Shown: positions 21,329 to 30,890, numbered from the stretch's first letter. The stretch: 32,000 bases of DNA from Nanoarchaeum equitans Kin4-M (GCA_000008085.1 AE017199.1:150001-182000); one strand, 5' to 3'. A program made the numbers and translations. Notes: a model not told the origin generated them from the sequence alone.

Positions 21329-22383
21329 ATTTTGACTTTGTTTATTTTTTTATCATCGCTATCCAATATTTCTAATACGTAATTGTTTATCCTTATTTTT
21401 TCTCCTTTTTTAGGAATTCTGTGGGTTTTCTCCAATATTAAACCAGCAATTGTAGAATAGTTTTTTGGCAGAGGCAAATTTAAATTATATTTATCGTTAA
21501 TATCATTAACATTTTCGTCTCCATCAACAATAATATATCTATGCTCTTTCATTGCATCTATGTTATAATCTGGTAAAGATAACAAATCTCTAAGCAAAGC
21601 ATCCAATTCTATTACTCCTATAGCGTCTCCATATTCGTTTACTACTATTGCTAAATCTTTTTGCGATTTAACCATCTTTTCTAGTAATGTTTTAATTGTA
21701 ATGTTTTGAGGCACATATAATGGCTTTAATATTTGGTTATCTCTAATATAGCCAACTATATTCTCTTCGTCTCCTTTATAGATTAAAGCAAAACTTTCAT
21801 TTGTCGGATGGCTTACTAATTTATAATCAGATAATGGTTTTTTAACAACATTTACCGGCATATCCAATAAAGTTAACAATTTTTTAACCATCCTTCCTTC
21901 TAATTCTTGCAAATATCTTTTCTTTATAGCCTCGTCAATAATATTTATTATTTCGGTTTTACTTAATTTATTATTAGCTTTCCCAAAAAGGGATGCTAAC
22001 TTATGATAAAACAATACTAATGGATAGAATATTAATTTAACTAAATAAATCAATGGGGCGAATTTTAATATTAACTCGGGTCTCGCCAAAGCTAAATATT
22101 TAGGGATTATTTCCCCGAAAGTTATTATTAGAATAGTAACTATTATTGTTGCTGGAAGTATCCCTAGAAACCCTAGTTGGTTTACTAAATAGTCCGTAAC
22201 TAATACTGAAATTAAAACATTAACGAAATTATTCGCTATTAGGATAGCGATTAAGGTTTTATCCAAATCTTCCTTAAGTTTTCTTACTATTTTATCCCTT
22301 ATTTTATAGGAAGGGTAATAAACTATTGCGGTTTCGTAAGAGGAAAATAAAGCTGAGAGTAATATTAATATTAAAGGCAGCAT
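21319..22383 (-). CDS. CNNM/CorC-type membrane protein (DUF21, CBS, CorC_HlyC domains)
   Basis: LSALFSSYETA, FGEIIPKYLA, LAIVVNEYGDAIGVIELDALLRDLL, C-terminal IPKKGEKIRINNYVLEIL. Confidence 0.88.
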   Translation of the reverse strand: MLPLILILLSALFSSYETAIVYYPSYKIRDKIVRKLKEDLDKTLIAILIANNFVNVLISVLVTDYLVNQLGFLGILPATIIVTILIITFGEIIPKYLALARPELILKFAPLIYLVKLIFYPLVLFYHKLASLFGKANNKLSKTEIINIIDEAIKKRYLQELEGRMVKKLLTLLDMPVNVVKKPLSDYKLVSHPTNESFALIYKGDEENIVGYIRDNQILKPLYVPQNITIKTLLEKMVKSQKDLAIVVNEYGDAIGVIELDALLRDLLSLPDYNIDAMKEHRYIIVDGDENVNDINDKYNLNLPLPKNYSTIAGLILEKTHRIPKKGEKIRINNYVLEILDSDDKKINKVKIYI

Positions 22384-22418
22384 TTTGTAGAAATAAGAAA
22401 AATGGATTAAAAAATATA

Positions 22419-22447
22419 GTTCGAACTTCGAACCAGTAGAGTTCGAA
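22419..22447. promoter_or_regulatory. TTCGAA operator-like cluster between CNNM-like and peroxiredoxin promoters
   Basis: GTTCGAA-C-TTCGAAC (22419-22433) plus GTTCGAA (22441-22447), next to TTTAAA (22451-22456). Confidence 0.5.
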
Positions 22448-22476
22448 ATTTTTAAAATATAACTGAATATATTCGC

Positions 22477-23145
22477 ATGGTCGTCTTAGGCCAAAAGTTC
22501 CCAGAAGTAGAAGTACAAACAACACACGGAAGAATGAGATTGCCAGACCATTATAGAGGGAAGTGGTTTGTATTGTTTTCCCACCCAGCAGACTTTACAC
22601 CAGTATGTACTACAGAATTCGTAGAGTTTGCCAGAAACTATGACAAATTTAAAGCAATGAACACAGAGTTAATTGGGTTATCAATAGACCAAGTATTTAG
22701 CCATATAAAATGGATAGAATGGATTAAAGAGAAATTCAATGTAGAAATACCATTCCCAGTAATTGCAGATGACCAAGGAGAATTAGCAAGAATGTTAGGA
22801 ATGATTTCCCCATACAAAGGCACAAACACAGTAAGAGCAGTATTTATTGTAGACCCAGAAGGTTACATAAGAGCTATGTTATACTACCCACAAGAAACTG
22901 GAAGAAACATACCAGAAATATTAAGATTGGTCGAAGCATTACAAACAGCAGACAAATATGGAGTAGCAACCCCAGCTAACTGGCATGTCGATAGATACGA
23001 ATTCAAACCATCTTCAATAGTAGGAAACGATGTAATAATACCACCAGCATCTAGCTTAGAAGAAAAGAAAGACAGAGAAGAAAGAGCAAAGAAAGGCGAA
23101 ATAGAATGCTTCGATTGGTGGTTCTGCCACAAAAAGCTAGAGTAA
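22477..23145 (+). CDS. Peroxiredoxin, archaeal Prx6 type
   Basis: [12 protein letters not shown] peroxidatic Cys; C-terminal [13 protein letters not shown]; leaderless ATG. Confidence 0.95.
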   Translation: MVVLGQKFPEVEVQTTHGRMRLPDHYRGKWFVLFSHPADFTPVCTTEFVEFARNYDKFKAMNTELIGLSIDQVFSHIKWIEWIKEKFNVEIPFPVIADDQGELARMLGMISPYKGTNTVRAVFIVDPEGYIRAMLYYPQETGRNIPEILRLVEALQTADKYGVATPANWHVDRYEFKPSSIVGNDVIIPPASSLEEKKDREERAKKGEIECFDWWFCHKKLE

Positions 23146-23192
23146 TTTCAAATTCTTTTTAACATCTTTATTTAGATAGGTTTTATTTTATA

Positions 23193-23603
23193 ATGGATAT
23201 AGAAACAGATATAGAATTCCCTAAAAATATTGTTGGCAATGTTCTAAAACTTTTGAATAAAGACAATTATAAAATAACAGACATTGTGGATGATATTTTA
23301 TACTATGAAGGAACAAAAAATTTTATTGTATATGAGAAAGATGATAAACTGGTAGCTTTGATTTTTGATAAAATAAATTTGAGCGAGTCGTGTGAAGAAG
23401 TATTAAGCCCAATAGGATGGGCCGATCTTATAATATCTATAATAAAAGAGAGCCATCCAAAATATGAGCCCTGTATTATAATATTTTATAACCTACATGG
23501 GGAGAAAGCAATAATTGTTAACGAAAAAGGAGCAAAAACCTTTGATGAATTATGCTTGCATAAAGTTAAAAATATGGACCAATTGCTTAATCTAGAATCT
23601 TAG
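23193..23603 (+). CDS. Hypothetical protein (136 aa)
   Basis: Open frame with TATA-like TTTATTTAGA at about -24; no recognised motif. Confidence 0.55.
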   Translation: MDIETDIEFPKNIVGNVLKLLNKDNYKITDIVDDILYYEGTKNFIVYEKDDKLVALIFDKINLSESCEEVLSPIGWADLIISIIKESHPKYEPCIIIFYNLHGEKAIIVNEKGAKTFDELCLHKVKNMDQLLNLES

Positions 23604-25356
23604 GGAATTCGATTTCATTTATTTCTCTAAAGTTACCCAGATGTTTAACCCAATTAGCTTTTGCTCTTATTTCTTCTAATATTTTGTTATTTAACAAATC
23701 TGATTCCACATAAAATAAATATTTACCTATCTCTCTTTTGTCGGGCCTAGACTCTAATTTTCTTAAATTTATATTGTGTTTATGGAATATCTCCAACACT
23801 TCTTTTAAAGAGCCAGGCTTATCTTCTAAAGAGAAAACTAAAGCGCTATACTTTGGATTGGGCAATTGCTTTTTACCAATAATTATAAATCTAGTTTTGT
23901 TTTCTTTATTATCCTCGATATGCTCATCATAAATTTTTAGCCCATAGAATATTGCTGCAGTTTTTGATGTTATTGCTAAAGAATACTCGTCTAACATAGA
24001 TATTGCTTCAGAAGTTGAATTTGAATAAACTATCTCTGCATTAGGGAATTTTTTCGAAATATATTCCATAGATTGTGCAATAGCTTGGGGGTGAGATATT
24101 ATTCTTTTTACTTCTTTAACATTTTTACCAACTAAACATAGGTTTATTCTATGTATATACTCGCCCACAATTTTAACATTGTATTTTATTAGGGAATCCA
24201 AGGTTTCATTCACACTACCTCCTAAAACATTCTCTATAGGCACTATACCCAAAGCAATTTCGTTATTTTCCAATGCATCAAAAATATGGGATATCTTTCT
24301 ATAATATTTTATATTTAGCCTGGTTTTATTTAATTTTAGTGCTACTTCATCACTAAAACTTCCTATTGGGCCCAAAACTCCTATCCAAGGCTTTGGATTT
24401 TCTATATGCTTAGCCCAAGATATTAGCAATTCAATTAATTGATCTGTATACAAAGGATTAAGCTCTCTTTCTTTGGCGAATTCTAGTAAAATATTTCTCT
24501 TTTCTATTTCCCATTTTTTATCCTCTATAGGTAAATTTCTTAGTTCTTTTATTTCTTTTATTTGCTTTGCCAAATCGTTTCTTATTTTTATTAAGTCTAA
24601 AATTAGTTTGTCAATAACCATAATTTGTTTTCTAATATCTTTGTTCCATAGTTTTGATAAATTCAATAACAATGCCCTAGAGAAACCTTCTACCCTCTCT
24701 TTTGGTATATAATCTTCTATATTGTTTGATACTTCTTTCAAAAATTTGATGTAGTTCTCTCTATAGGTTTTAGCATTCTTTTCTTTTTGTATATCTAATA
24801 AGATTTGCGGGTTCTGTTCTAACAATCTTTCTGACAATCTATATAAAGCTTCGGCAGATGCTGTTTTTATTGGGAATCTCCTAGCGAAATGATAATAAGA
24901 TATTAACAATAAATGAGTTACAACTTGCAATTCATTTATTTTTTCATGTTCCTCTAAAGACATTTCAATTAAATCAAAATCCAAAAATTGCAAAAAGCTT
25001 TTGTCTGTGCTTTCTTTTATTACAACTATTTTAGAGAATTCCTCATAGATGCTGGGCCCAAACAAAGGATGCAAAGATAAAAACTTAAAACCATACTGTT
25101 CTATTATAGGAATTACTACATCTTTTTTAGAGGCTAAATCTATTATTACCCCATTAAAATTGTTTTCTTTTAATTTTGATAATATTTCATTATAAGAATT
25201 TTCTGGTATAGCCAATATAGCATATTTAAATTTGCTAAACTCGTTTTCTTCAATTTCTTTAATCGATCGAGAATATACTTTAACATTTAACCCTTTTCTT
25301 TTTAAATAATTATAAAAATACTGGCCTAATCTTCCAAATCCAATAATTAATATCAT
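23587..25356 (-). CDS. Trifunctional prephenate dehydrogenase / chorismate mutase / prephenate dehydratase with C-terminal ACT domain
   Basis: MILIIGFGRLGQYFYNYLKRKG Rossmann; IDKLILDLIKIRNDLAKQIKEIKE AroQ; GPIGSFSDEVALKL...IVPIENVLGGSVNETLD and TRFIIIG PDT; ALVFSLEDKPGSLKEVLEIFHKHNINLRKLESRP ACT. Confidence 0.93.
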   Translation of the reverse strand: MILIIGFGRLGQYFYNYLKRKGLNVKVYSRSIKEIEENEFSKFKYAILAIPENSYNEILSKLKENNFNGVIIDLASKKDVVIPIIEQYGFKFLSLHPLFGPSIYEEFSKIVVIKESTDKSFLQFLDFDLIEMSLEEHEKINELQVVTHLLLISYYHFARRFPIKTASAEALYRLSERLLEQNPQILLDIQKEKNAKTYRENYIKFLKEVSNNIEDYIPKERVEGFSRALLLNLSKLWNKDIRKQIMVIDKLILDLIKIRNDLAKQIKEIKELRNLPIEDKKWEIEKRNILLEFAKERELNPLYTDQLIELLISWAKHIENPKPWIGVLGPIGSFSDEVALKLNKTRLNIKYYRKISHIFDALENNEIALGIVPIENVLGGSVNETLDSLIKYNVKIVGEYIHRINLCLVGKNVKEVKRIISHPQAIAQSMEYISKKFPNAEIVYSNSTSEAISMLDEYSLAITSKTAAIFYGLKIYDEHIEDNKENKTRFIIIGKKQLPNPKYSALVFSLEDKPGSLKEVLEIFHKHNINLRKLESRPDKREIGKYLFYVESDLLNNKILEEIRAKANWVKHLGNFREINEIEFPKILD

Positions 25357-25397
25357 AACCATATATAGGTTTATAATTTAAAATTACAAAAATGGCA

Positions 25398-26558
25398 ATG
25401 AAAATACTATTGTTTCATCCATTTTTGAAATCTATGGGGGGAGCTGAAAAGTTAATCTATGAGTATTCGAAAAGATCAAAACATAAAATATATATCTTAA
25501 GTTGGATATACATTAAAAACAAAACATTTTCTTTTGAGGCTGTATATAGTATTTTAGGTAATAAGTTAGAAAGCATAGCAAGATCTTATTTTGGTAGGTT
25601 ATTGTTTTTGCCTTTGTCTTTATTAAAGTTTCCCGAAGATTTTGATGTTTTGGTTATTTCTACTTCTGGTATATCGATTCTATCACTATTGGGCAAAAAA
25701 ATTAATATCCCAAAATTGGCTTATGTACATACCCCATTAAGAGCAGCTTATCCTTTAGACATAATATGGAATATAAATTATAGATTTAGACAGCTAAAAA
25801 AATATTTCTACAAAAGCGCATATACAATTTATAATTTTTTAGAAAAAAATGCTTGGTCTAAATTGGATTTCGCAGTATTTAATTCTTATTTATCTAGAAA
25901 AAGGGCATTAGATAAAAAACTAATAGATTTAGATAAAACAGCAATTATTTATCCTGGAGCCAATTTGGAATCTCTATATTATAAAGAACCAGAAAACTAT
26001 TTTTTGTATGTTGCGAGGTTTAATATCATAAAAAGGCAACACATATTAATTAAAGCATTTGCAAAGTTTTCTAAAAAATACGATTATAAATTAATTTTGG
26101 TTGGAGGGCTTGAGAATAAAAGATATTTCATTCGTTTGTTAAAATTAATCAAGAAATATAATCTAGAAAATAGAGTAAAGTTGCTTTATAATTTGCCATA
26201 CCAAAAAATAATAGAACTTTATTCTAAAGCATTGGCTTTTGTTCATATCCCATTTATGGAAGACTTTGGAATAGCCCCATTAGAAGCAGCTGCGGCTGGT
26301 AAATACATAATTAATGTATACCCTTCTGGGAATTATGAGATATTAAAGGATTTTCCTGGGATATATTGGATTAAAGAGAGATTTTACGATGAGAAGATGG
26401 TAGAAGAAGTGTATAAAGCGTTAGAATATTTTATAAAAAATAAAGACGAATTAATAGAAAAAGGTAAAGAGAATAGAAAGAAAATAAAAGAGCTGGACTT
26501 ATCATGGGATAGGTTTGCTAAGGAGATGGATAAAATAATAGAAACTAGGATAGTTTAA
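25398..26558 (+). CDS. Family 4 (GT-B) glycosyltransferase
   Basis: KILLFHPFLKSMGGAEKLIYEYSKRSKHK, YPGANLESLYYK, VPFMEDFGIAPLEAAAAGKYII; start refined to 25398. Confidence 0.88.
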   Translation: MKILLFHPFLKSMGGAEKLIYEYSKRSKHKIYILSWIYIKNKTFSFEAVYSILGNKLESIARSYFGRLLFLPLSLLKFPEDFDVLVISTSGISILSLLGKKINIPKLAYVHTPLRAAYPLDIIWNINYRFRQLKKYFYKSAYTIYNFLEKNAWSKLDFAVFNSYLSRKRALDKKLIDLDKTAIIYPGANLESLYYKEPENYFLYVARFNIIKRQHILIKAFAKFSKKYDYKLILVGGLENKRYFIRLLKLIKKYNLENRVKLLYNLPYQKIIELYSKALAFVHIPFMEDFGIAPLEAAAAGKYIINVYPSGNYEILKDFPGIYWIKERFYDEKMVEEVYKALEYFIKNKDELIEKGKENRKKIKELDLSWDRFAKEMDKIIETRIV

Positions 26559-26979
26559 CTAAACCTTTTCTTTTTACATAGTTTAAAGCAATTTTGAATA
26601 ATTCAAAACCCATTACAAAATATAATATAGACAAAAACAGAGCCAGAGTTAAATACGATGTATTTACAGCTTTCCCCGTAATGAGATTTCTAAATTCTTC
26701 AACCAAAACGAAAGGTAGTATTAGTATAATAAAGCTATAGAACCAAAAGAAAGATAAAGTAATCCTTTTTGGGAGAAACACTTCTATTAAATCTGATAGC
26801 AATCCCCATAAACTAAGAGATTCGCTTCCTGATAAAACAAACAATGGAGAAAGAATAAAAGCTAAAGCATAGGATGAGAGTTGTATAATGAGAGCAAACA
26901 AAAATATTGATAATATACTTTCTATGGGAATAGCATTTAATAAGACTAATGGAACTAATGTACCTATAAATACTAACAA
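26545..26979 (-). CDS. 4-TM membrane protein, possibly a C-terminal part of an ABC-2 type permease
   Basis: Hydrophobic segments; RNLITG...LSILYFVMGFELFKIALNYVKRKGLVKL tail; frame stays open upstream to TAG at 27034-27036. Confidence 0.4.
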   Translation of the reverse strand: MLVFIGTLVPLVLLNAIPIESILSIFLFALIIQLSSYALAFILSPLFVLSGSESLSLWGLLSDLIEVFLPKRITLSFFWFYSFIILILPFVLVEEFRNLITGKAVNTSYLTLALFLSILYFVMGFELFKIALNYVKRKGLVKLS

Positions 26980-27016
26980 AGTTTGTATAAAATCCTGTAA
27001 AAATCTATGTATAATA

Positions 27017-27193
27017 GTGTATACTGGCGATTCCTATAGAATAATCACAGATAACATATCTAAAGAGTTAAAAAATGTAATAGAAATTCTATCTAAATAC
27101 AGATTAACAGAATATATAGAAAGCATAGAAATAAAAGAGCTTACATTAGAAGATGTGTTCGCTTATTTTGTTAACCAGCAATGGAAAGAATAA
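27017..27193 (+). CDS. Short ORF resembling the C-terminal tail of an ABC transporter ATPase; possible remnant
   Basis: VYTGDSYRIITDNISKELKNVIEILSKYRLTEYIESIEIKELTLEDVFAYFV; no Walker motifs; track ORF 26888-27193 starts antisense to the neighbouring gene. Confidence 0.35.
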   Translation: MYTGDSYRIITDNISKELKNVIEILSKYRLTEYIESIEIKELTLEDVFAYFVNQQWKE

Positions 27194-27591
27194 TAGATGT
27201 CATAAACCATATAATAATTAATACCTATCTTTACATTGTTTTGTTTAATGAAATATCGATTTATCCTATTTTACTATGGTTGGTAGTAGATTTGGACTAT
27301 TTTATAGGAAAACATAGAGTTACTTTCCATAATGTTTTTTATTTATTTTTTATTTCAATGGTTTTTTCTATAATATATAGTAAAACCCTTCTTTATACGC
27401 CAAAGTTTTTTGCTATATTGTTATCACATATCATATTCGATTTTCTATTTGGGGGAGTGTGCTTTTTGTATAAACTATGTGCTAAAGGCGGTATAAAATA
27501 CGATTACCTTTCGTTAGAGATAATAAGTTTGGCTATTAATTTATTTATTTTATCTATGGTGTTGTCTTTTTATATCGATAAATTATTCTAA
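27181..27591 (+). CDS. Integral membrane protein, possible YdjM-like membrane-bound metal-dependent hydrolase
   Basis: 136 aa, TM segments, VVDLDYFIGKHRVTFHN resembling the D-x-D...HRG-x-THS motif. Confidence 0.45.
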   Translation: MERIIDVINHIIINTYLYIVLFNEISIYPILLWLVVDLDYFIGKHRVTFHNVFYLFFISMVFSIIYSKTLLYTPKFFAILLSHIIFDFLFGGVCFLYKLCAKGGIKYDYLSLEIISLAINLFILSMVLSFYIDKLF

Positions 27592-27595
27592 CCAA

Positions 27596-28609
27596 ATGAA
27601 ATCGCTAATAGCATTTATAGCTTTTATAATAACCGGTTTCCTAGCAACAAAAATTCTTTCCTATTTTTTAGAGGGAATAATAAAAAAGCTAGTAATAGAT
27701 AGCAATACTAAAATAGACGATATAATATACAACTCTCTGCGATTACCTTTACTATTAATAGTGTTTTTGATATTTTTGTATATTGGTATTTTGTTAGCCC
27801 CAATACAAATAGATATTAACTTTGTTAATAATGTATTTAAGTTTGTCTCTATTTTAGTTGGCACATATGCTATAGTGAATTTTGTTGATGGGATATTTGA
27901 ATATTATATAATACCATGGGCCGAAAAGACCGAAACTAAATTAGACGAACATCTAATAAAGCCATTAAGAAAATTAATTAGATTATTAATAATAGTTTTT
28001 GGTTTATTGACAGCACTAAGCTCTGTTGGTTATGATATAACAACAATATTAGCCGGTTTAGGTATAGGTGGTTTAGCCTTCGCTTTGGCAATGCAAGACA
28101 CAATAAAAAATTTTATAGCTGGGGTGTTAATTTTAATAGACAAACCCTTTACTATTGGGGATTGGATTAGAGTTGGAGATTTAGAAGGAATAATTGAAGA
28201 AGTAGGAATTAGGAGTACAAGAATTAGGACATTTGACCAATCTTTAATTACAGTGGCAAACTCTTATTTATTAGAAAGGCCTATAGAGAATTTTAGCGAA
28301 AGAACAAAAAGAAGGGTTTTAATTAACATTGGAATAACATATGAAACCCCTGTAGAGAAAATTGAAAAAGCAAAACAAATAATTAAAGAAATATTATCCT
28401 CAAACCCAATGGTTGTAGGTCCAATTAGAGTGCATTTTTACTCTTTTGGAGATTGGTCCTTAAATATTAGGGTTGAATATTATGTTAAAAATACTAATTT
28501 TGACGAATTTTTAGATACTGTTGATTATATAAACAAAGAGATAAAAAGGAGATTCGATTTAGAAGGGATAGAATTCGCTTATCCCACATATACTATATAT
28601 CAAAAATGA
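27596..28609 (+). CDS. mscS: MscS-family small-conductance mechanosensitive channel
   Basis: LGIGGLAFALAMQDTIKNFIAGVLILIDKPFTIGDWIRVGDLEGIIEEVGIRSTRIRTFD. Confidence 0.95.
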   Translation: MKSLIAFIAFIITGFLATKILSYFLEGIIKKLVIDSNTKIDDIIYNSLRLPLLLIVFLIFLYIGILLAPIQIDINFVNNVFKFVSILVGTYAIVNFVDGIFEYYIIPWAEKTETKLDEHLIKPLRKLIRLLIIVFGLLTALSSVGYDITTILAGLGIGGLAFALAMQDTIKNFIAGVLILIDKPFTIGDWIRVGDLEGIIEEVGIRSTRIRTFDQSLITVANSYLLERPIENFSERTKRRVLINIGITYETPVEKIEKAKQIIKEILSSNPMVVGPIRVHFYSFGDWSLNIRVEYYVKNTNFDEFLDTVDYINKEIKRRFDLEGIEFAYPTYTIYQK

Positions 28610-29616
28610 TTTATTATTTTACAAAATATCATTTTTTAATTTTATATCCAATAGAAAAAGCCTATTTTGTTGGAACCGATTTTAAAATATATGAGATAGA
28701 CCATAAAACTTTGGATTTGTTTTACAAAACTGATTGGAGTTTAGTTAAAGAGTTCGCCCAACTAAGATACAATAGCATAGAGGAATACATATATGAAAAT
28801 AGGGACTTTTTATCCAAATTCAACTATGATAAAGTAGTTATTGGTTTTAGCGCTGGCAAGGATTCGGTTTCTCTAGCATTAGTTTTAGATTATTTAGGAA
28901 TAGATTATATACCGGTTTTCTCCCATATTCCATATATATCGGAACTATTGTATGGATTTTCTTTAGATGTTTTAGAGAAATTCGATGCTAAAATAATAGA
29001 AGTTGATAAAAGAAAAGTTATAGATGTTTTATCAAAAGGACCACCTTATGTTAAATGCCCCCTAAGATCATTAAAAATGAAAGCCATTAAAGATTATATT
29101 AGATCTTTAGGCCTATCAAGAAAACAGTTTATTACAGGAGAAAGAATTTATGAATCTCCAAAAAGGTATATGGCTTTGAAAAATAAAATACACAACCCCA
29201 TACAGTTTTTAACAGATTTGGAAGCGATGTTATTTGCTTACCAACATAAAGCATTATCTAATATATATTATATTAATACAAGGGCCTCTTGTGTGCCATG
29301 TCCTAGGGCCTCAACAATAATGTGGTATTTAGGATTGGAAAACCTATATAAATATGAACCTGTTGGTTATGAATTGTTAGAAAAAGCTTTATTAATCGAT
29401 TATAAAAGGAAAAAGATTGGCACAGAAGAGCAGTTTATTTGGTTGGGCTTACATAGAATTAATCCTTTAGAAATAAACAAAGAACTAGAAAAAATAGAGA
29501 AACTAATGGAATATGGCAAAGAAGTTCCGAAATCTAGAATATATACCATATTAAAGCAAACCATTAGACAATTAAAGCGGGCCCGGCGGGATTCGAACCC
29601 GCGACCTACGGCTTAG
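28606..29616 (+). CDS. PP-loop ATPase (PAPS reductase / adenine nucleotide alpha-hydrolase like)
   Basis: VVIGFSAGKDSVSLALVL PP-loop motif; CPLR and CVPCPRAST Cys motifs; ATGA overlap with mscS. Confidence 0.82.
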   Translation: MIYYFTKYHFLILYPIEKAYFVGTDFKIYEIDHKTLDLFYKTDWSLVKEFAQLRYNSIEEYIYENRDFLSKFNYDKVVIGFSAGKDSVSLALVLDYLGIDYIPVFSHIPYISELLYGFSLDVLEKFDAKIIEVDKRKVIDVLSKGPPYVKCPLRSLKMKAIKDYIRSLGLSRKQFITGERIYESPKRYMALKNKIHNPIQFLTDLEAMLFAYQHKALSNIYYINTRASCVPCPRASTIMWYLGLENLYKYEPVGYELLEKALLIDYKRKKIGTEEQFIWLGLHRINPLEINKELEKIEKLMEYGKEVPKSRIYTILKQTIRQLKRARRDSNPRPTA

Positions 29617-29651
29617 AAGGCCGCCGCTCTACCAAGCTGAGCTACGGGCCC
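29578..29651 (-). tRNA. tRNA-Arg (TCT)
   Basis: GGGCCCG/CGGGCCC acceptor, GCTC/GAGC, GCGGC-CTTCTAA-GCCGT, GCGGG-TTCGAAT-CCCGC; TTTAAA centre 29674.5 lies 23.5 bp upstream. Confidence 0.96.
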
Positions 29652-29656
29652 AGAGT

Positions 29657-30388
29657 TCAATCGGCCTCTCCTTTAAAAGCTTTTAGATCTTTTAATGTTG
29701 CTTCCTCAACTTTGTCAGCGAAAAATTCTATTTTACCAGTTTTTATGTTTTTCTTAAGCTTTCCATATACTTTATATATATGGCCTATTTCCCAATCAAA
29801 ATCGTTGAAATATACTACAGGCAATTCCCTATCTAAGCTAGTTAAAATTGCTTTCGATACTATTGTGCCTTTTTGGGTTTGTTTTTTTGGATATTTAACT
29901 ATGCAAATCCCAACAAATTCTTGCTTTTGGGGTTTTATCTCTAAATCGCTTTCTAAAATTTTATAACTGTCTATATGTAATTCTAAATTGCCAGTTTTCT
30001 TATTAATTTTGGTTTTCCCAATAGCTTCTATTACAGTGTTTTCAGGTAATTCTTTATCGGTATTCCAAATAATAGCTTTAATAGTACCGGTTTCGTCTCC
30101 TAAAATAATAGGTTGGAATTTCCCTTTCGAATAACTAATTAATCCAAAAGATTTGAGAATTTTGCCCTTTACTTTTACATATTCCCAGCTTTCTAATTCG
30201 CCAATTTTTTTCTCTTTCGGAGTGTTTTTATACAAAACACCAAGTTTTTTTGCTACTAATAGTAAAGCCCCCCTACGAGATATTAAATTGTTAAAAGCTT
30301 TAATTTTTTCTTCCACCATTTTTTCTATTTCCTCTCGAGATTTGCCAGTTTTTTCTATTATTAGTTGTATTAGTTCCTCTTCATCCAT
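29657..30388 (-). CDS. OB-fold single-stranded DNA-binding protein, RPA/NeqSSB-like (243 aa)
   Basis: IIEKTGKSREEIEKMVEEKIKAFNNLISRRGALLLVAKKLGV N-domain; OB-fold VKVKGKILKSF...ILGDETGTIKAIIWN. Confidence 0.85.
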   Translation of the reverse strand: MDEEELIQLIIEKTGKSREEIEKMVEEKIKAFNNLISRRGALLLVAKKLGVLYKNTPKEKKIGELESWEYVKVKGKILKSFGLISYSKGKFQPIILGDETGTIKAIIWNTDKELPENTVIEAIGKTKINKKTGNLELHIDSYKILESDLEIKPQKQEFVGICIVKYPKKQTQKGTIVSKAILTSLDRELPVVYFNDFDWEIGHIYKVYGKLKKNIKTGKIEFFADKVEEATLKDLKAFKGEAD

Positions 30389-30890
30389 TTATTATTTTTG
30401 TGTACTCATTAAATAATGCGTAATAGCCATAATGGTACAAAACCCTAAATAGGTTTGCCACTATTATATAGCCTTTTAGAGAATAATTATACTTTTTTAG
30501 AACTTTTTCTTCTATTTTTTTAAATATTGGTGGTATATAAACATTTCTTATAACTTTTATATGGGGAAACCAGTATTTAATGTATCGAACATATCTTTCT
30601 TTTAATATTACGGGTTTCTCTGTAAAAGAGCTATGCCACACATCTTCTTTTGGATATACAATAGAAGAAACATTGTATTTGGCAAAAAAATAGAATATTC
30701 CTAAAGAGTTGTAAAACCTTATTCCAGGCAATCTATCATATTCGATGGGAATCTCGCTATAGTTACCTACCACATAATAATAATCGCATTTAGGCTTATC
30801 TTTATAATAATATATGGGTATATTAAATTGCAATGCCAGGGGTTTGGCTATAATTAGTGAATGTAGAGAACCAACTAATACGCAGTGCAA
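30381..30890 (-). CDS. Hypothetical protein (start uncertain)
   Basis: Aromatic-rich frame IYYYKDKPKCDYYYVVGN...; track start 30923 overlaps rpl12, TTG at 30890 avoids it. Confidence 0.5.
   Translation of the reverse strand: MHCVLVGSLHSLIIAKPLALQFNIPIYYYKDKPKCDYYYVVGNYSEIPIEYDRLPGIRFYNSLGIFYFFAKYNVSSIVYPKEDVWHSSFTEKPVILKERYVRYIKYWFPHIKVIRNVYIPPIFKKIEEKVLKKYNYSLKGYIIVANLFRVLYHYGYYALFNEYTKIING

Noticed and set aside
22477-23145. Horizontal acquisition of peroxiredoxin based on a slightly different codon feel (more CCA/ACA/GAA)
   Set aside because: Could equally reflect high expression; not measured, and the gene has the standard leaderless promoter of its neighbours.
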